Source: Tubiluchus corallicola
Taxonomy: Eukaryota > Animalia > Priapulida
Assembly: GCA_030141605.1 (NCBI GenBank)
Contig: JAQGDQ010002460.1
Span: 1 to 29,305, forward strand
Length of the DNA stretch: 29,305 nt
Reading direction: 5' to 3'
This document shows, piece after piece, positions 26,676-29,305 of this stretch. The notes beneath the pieces were generated by a model, which saw nothing but the letters and a program-made list of their open reading frames with translations, was not told where the DNA came from and ran no database searches. How positions within the stretch are numbered: the first letter of the stretch is position 1; every line of letters starts with the position of its first letter. The position numbers and the translations under genes are program-made.

Positions 26676-27506
26676 TTAGTTGAAAATTTCTTTTTCTTTT
26701 GATCTAAAAAATTTCATAGTTTTTCTTACTGCATGATCTGGATCATTTGTATACCCAAAACCTAGTTCAGCTGCCAAAAATCCTTTATAGTCATTTTCTT
26801 TTAGGCTTTCTAAAAATAGATCAAAATCAATTTTTCCTTCACCTGGTACTAAATGATCATCGCTTTGTCCATTGTTATCATCAAAATGATAGTGAACAAT
26901 ATATCCCTTTACTTTCTTAGGAACATCTACTAGTGACTCCTTGTTTACAAATAAGTGGCCAGTGTCTAAACAAAGCCCCATATTATCTTTTCCTAATTCA
27001 TCTATAACTTTCATCCCCTCTTCTGTTGTTTTTACTAAATCTGTTTCCATTGCATGAGCAGGTTCAAGTAAAAGCATTACATTTTTATCTTTTGCATATT
27101 CAATGCACTCTTTAAAACTTTTCATCATTGCATTCCATGAATCTTCCCATTTGTCACCAAATAAACTAAAACCAGGGCATAAGCTAACATATGGAGACTC
27201 TAGTTTTTCTGCCACGTCTATATTTTTTTTAATATACTCTACAGAATATTTTCTCATTTTTTCATCTGTAGTAGCTAAATTTGTAGGGTATCTAAACTGG
27301 GCTGGAATAAAATTTGAGATTTCCATATTATTATCTTTTAAAACTTTTTTTACTTTTTCAATTCTAGCATCGTCCATATCTTCCCAATAAGCATGTGGTC
27401 TGCCTCCCCATACTTCTACACCTTTATATCCTTGTTTAGCTAATCTTTTGATAGCCTCTATTAGTGGATATCTAAAATATACAAATGTTGATTGACTATA
27501 TTTCAT
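26676..27506 (-). CDS. Sugar phosphate isomerase/epimerase TIM barrel, FrlC-like ketose 3-epimerase
   Basis: EVWGGRPHA motif as in FrlC; metal/catalytic segments LLEP, DTGH, HFDD, DDHLVPGEG and AEL; 276 aa. Confidence 0.8.
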   Translation of the reverse strand: MKYSQSTFVYFRYPLIEAIKRLAKQGYKGVEVWGGRPHAYWEDMDDARIEKVKKVLKDNNMEISNFIPAQFRYPTNLATTDEKMRKYSVEYIKKNIDVAEKLESPYVSLCPGFSLFGDKWEDSWNAMMKSFKECIEYAKDKNVMLLLEPAHAMETDLVKTTEEGMKVIDELGKDNMGLCLDTGHLFVNKESLVDVPKKVKGYIVHYHFDDNNGQSDDHLVPGEGKIDFDLFLESLKENDYKGFLAAELGFGYTNDPDHAVRKTMKFFRSKEKEIFN

Positions 27507-27547
27507 TGTTTTCTCCTTTTCATAATAATTATACTGCGTTAATAATT

Positions 27548-29305
27548 TTATATTTTTTTTATGATAGTCTCTTTTTCTTCCTTAGTCCCCATACCTATAA
27601 GGTCAAATTTTTCAAAACTTACTTCTATTTTTATATCTTCTATAGTATTATTTATTTTTAGTAAACCTGATTTTTTAGTATTACTATAATACCAACCTTC
27701 ATCTGATTCTTTCCATTTATCTCTATGAATAAACTGCTTTATTTCTCTATCATTTACCTTTACCCAATAGATACCTTTTGTTTCATTTATTATTTCAAAT
27801 ATAAGATTATCAACACTTGATTTATAGCTTCCTTTTTTGTTCAATTTGATTTCAATAATTTCTTTAGCATTAACACAAATATTTGTACTTAGATATTCCC
27901 CTTTTTTATAATCATTTGTATTTCCATCGTCTTCATAAAGATTAAAAGTTGAGCTATTATTTCCCCCAATGATAAAAATCATTTCTTTTACTTTATCTTT
28001 ACTTAAGTTATATATACCTTTAGTCATTGGTATAATGGCATTTTCTTTTATAAACATTGGAATGGATCCTATTTTAACAGGAATTTCTACTTCACTTCCT
28101 CCTTGGTACTTCTCTCTAGTCCAAAAATTATACCATGCTGTTCCCTTTGGTAAATATATCTTTCTTGTTTTAGCTCCTTTTTCAATTACATTTGCAACTA
28201 AAATACACGGTCCAAACATAAAGTTTACACTTTCATCAAAACATTTCTCATCATCTTGAAATTCATAAACCATAGGCCTCATAATAGGAGTTCCTTTTTC
28301 AGAAGCTTCTTTTACCAAGGAGTATAAATAAGGCATTAAATCATATCTTAATTTTATAGCCTTTCTAATATATTTTGTATATTTCTTGAACATCCATGGC
28401 TCTGTCACTGTATTATTAGTATTACATGAATGTATAGAAAATCTTGGCTGGAAAATACCATTTTGAGTCCACCTTACTAATAATTCTGCTTCAGGATTTG
28501 GTCCATAAAACCCTCCAATGTCGCACCCATTTATTGCAACTCCTGAAAGCCCCATACCTAAAACTACTGAAATTCCATACTTTAGGCTTTCCCATGAAGT
28601 AAAATTATCTCCAGCCCAAGTAGAAGCATATCTTTGTATACCTGCATAACCAGATCTATTTATTATAAAAGGTCTAATATTAGGCTTTTCTTCTTTCAAG
28701 GCTTCTCTCGCAGTAAATGCCATCATAAAAGGCATTATGGGCTTATGTTCTGCTATAGTTCCACCTGTACCTTCAAAAGAACATTTTGACATTTTGTCAT
28801 CTATACTGTCATATTCACAATTGTCGTTCCAAATAGAAGACACTCCTTTAGATATTAAATGCTTTTTACAAAGGCTTTTCCATATTTCTCGCCCACCTTC
28901 ACTAGTAAAATCTACGAAAGATCCGTCTCCTCCCCACCATTTATCTACATAATCTTTTTCTCCATCAGAAGTCTTTATAAAGGCATTTTTATTTTGAAAA
29001 TCTTTATAATAAGGATGAGTAGTCAAAACACCAGGTTTTATATTAGGAGAAACAGGAACTCCTCTGTCGCTCATTTTTTCAAAAAATTCTTCTGGGTTAT
29101 TAAATCTTATTCTATTCCAATAAAATACATATCTTTTGTTATTATCTCCAACTGTATATCCAGAAGATAGCTGAAAACCACTTATTGGAATATCTTCTTT
29201 CAAATTTTTATCAATAAACCCAATGATTTCTTTATCACAGTTTTCAGTAAGCTCAACATAATACATTGTAGATCCTAGATATCCTAAAGAATAAAGTGGT
29301 GGGAA
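27548..29305 (-). CDS. GH31 glycoside hydrolase, Aec37-like subgroup (5'-partial)
   Basis: The frame stays open to the window end (FPPLYSLGYLGSTMYY). Motifs LSSGY, WNDNCEY (nucleophile), WAGDN (acid/base) and GCDIGGF. Confidence 0.88.
   Translation of the reverse strand, partial: FPPLYSLGYLGSTMYYVELTENCDKEIIGFIDKNLKEDIPISGFQLSSGYTVGDNNKRYVFYWNRIRFNNPEEFFEKMSDRGVPVSPNIKPGVLTTHPYYKDFQNKNAFIKTSDGEKDYVDKWWGGDGSFVDFTSEGGREIWKSLCKKHLISKGVSSIWNDNCEYDSIDDKMSKCSFEGTGGTIAEHKPIMPFMMAFTAREALKEEKPNIRPFIINRSGYAGIQRYASTWAGDNFTSWESLKYGISVVLGMGLSGVAINGCDIGGFYGPNPEAELLVRWTQNGIFQPRFSIHSCNTNNTVTEPWMFKKYTKYIRKAIKLRYDLMPYLYSLVKEASEKGTPIMRPMVYEFQDDEKCFDESVNFMFGPCILVANVIEKGAKTRKIYLPKGTAWYNFWTREKYQGGSEVEIPVKIGSIPMFIKENAIIPMTKGIYNLSKDKVKEMIFIIGGNNSSTFNLYEDDGNTNDYKKGEYLSTNICVNAKEIIEIKLNKKGSYKSSVDNLIFEIINETKGIYWVKVNDREIKQFIHRDKWKESDEGWYYSNTKKSGLLKINNTIEDIKIEVSFEKFDLIGMGTKEEKETIIKKI

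Noticed and set aside
866-29170. Short antisense or overlapping ORFs in the track (e.g. 866-1063, 4833-5195, 10072-10428, 20096-20479, 22398-22769, 26349-26702, 28859-29170)
   Set aside because: They are shadows of well-supported genes on the opposite strand and show no recognisable motifs.
1-29305. CRISPR arrays, tRNA/rRNA genes, transposases, integrases or defence genes
   Set aside because: I saw no regularly spaced repeats, stable-RNA signatures or matching protein motifs.

Overview
Very AT-rich bacterial chromosomal window. A glmS ribozyme, lipoprotein solute-binding proteins and an LptD-like outer-membrane protein together suggest a low-GC diderm such as Fusobacteriota (inference). The left half (1-14.9 kb) is mostly housekeeping: a CpdB/5'-nucleotidase-family lipoprotein, rpmE, upp, a ~1 kb gap with no long ORF, an orphan homoserine dehydrogenase, an orphan OppA, the glmS ribozyme with glmS, a ~1300-aa LptD-like protein and trpS. 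The right half (15.1-29.3 kb, all minus strand) is a hexuronate/hexuronide utilisation cluster, read in transcription order as: GH31 (Aec37-like, cut by the window end), FrlC-like 3-epimerase, L-fucose-isomerase-family enzyme, uxuA, frameshifted uxuB-like gene, eda, kdgK, TRAP dctP, GH2 beta-glucuronidase, dctQ, dctM, and a small 2Fe-2S protein. The best candidate for a new system is this cluster. It has no uronate isomerase UxaC in the window and instead carries a FucI-family isomerase with altered active-site segments plus a ketose 3-epimerase, which suggests a UxaC-independent entry route. A second highlight is a perfect 13-bp inverted repeat enclosing the glmS ribozyme. All family calls come from motif recognition by eye; no searches were run.
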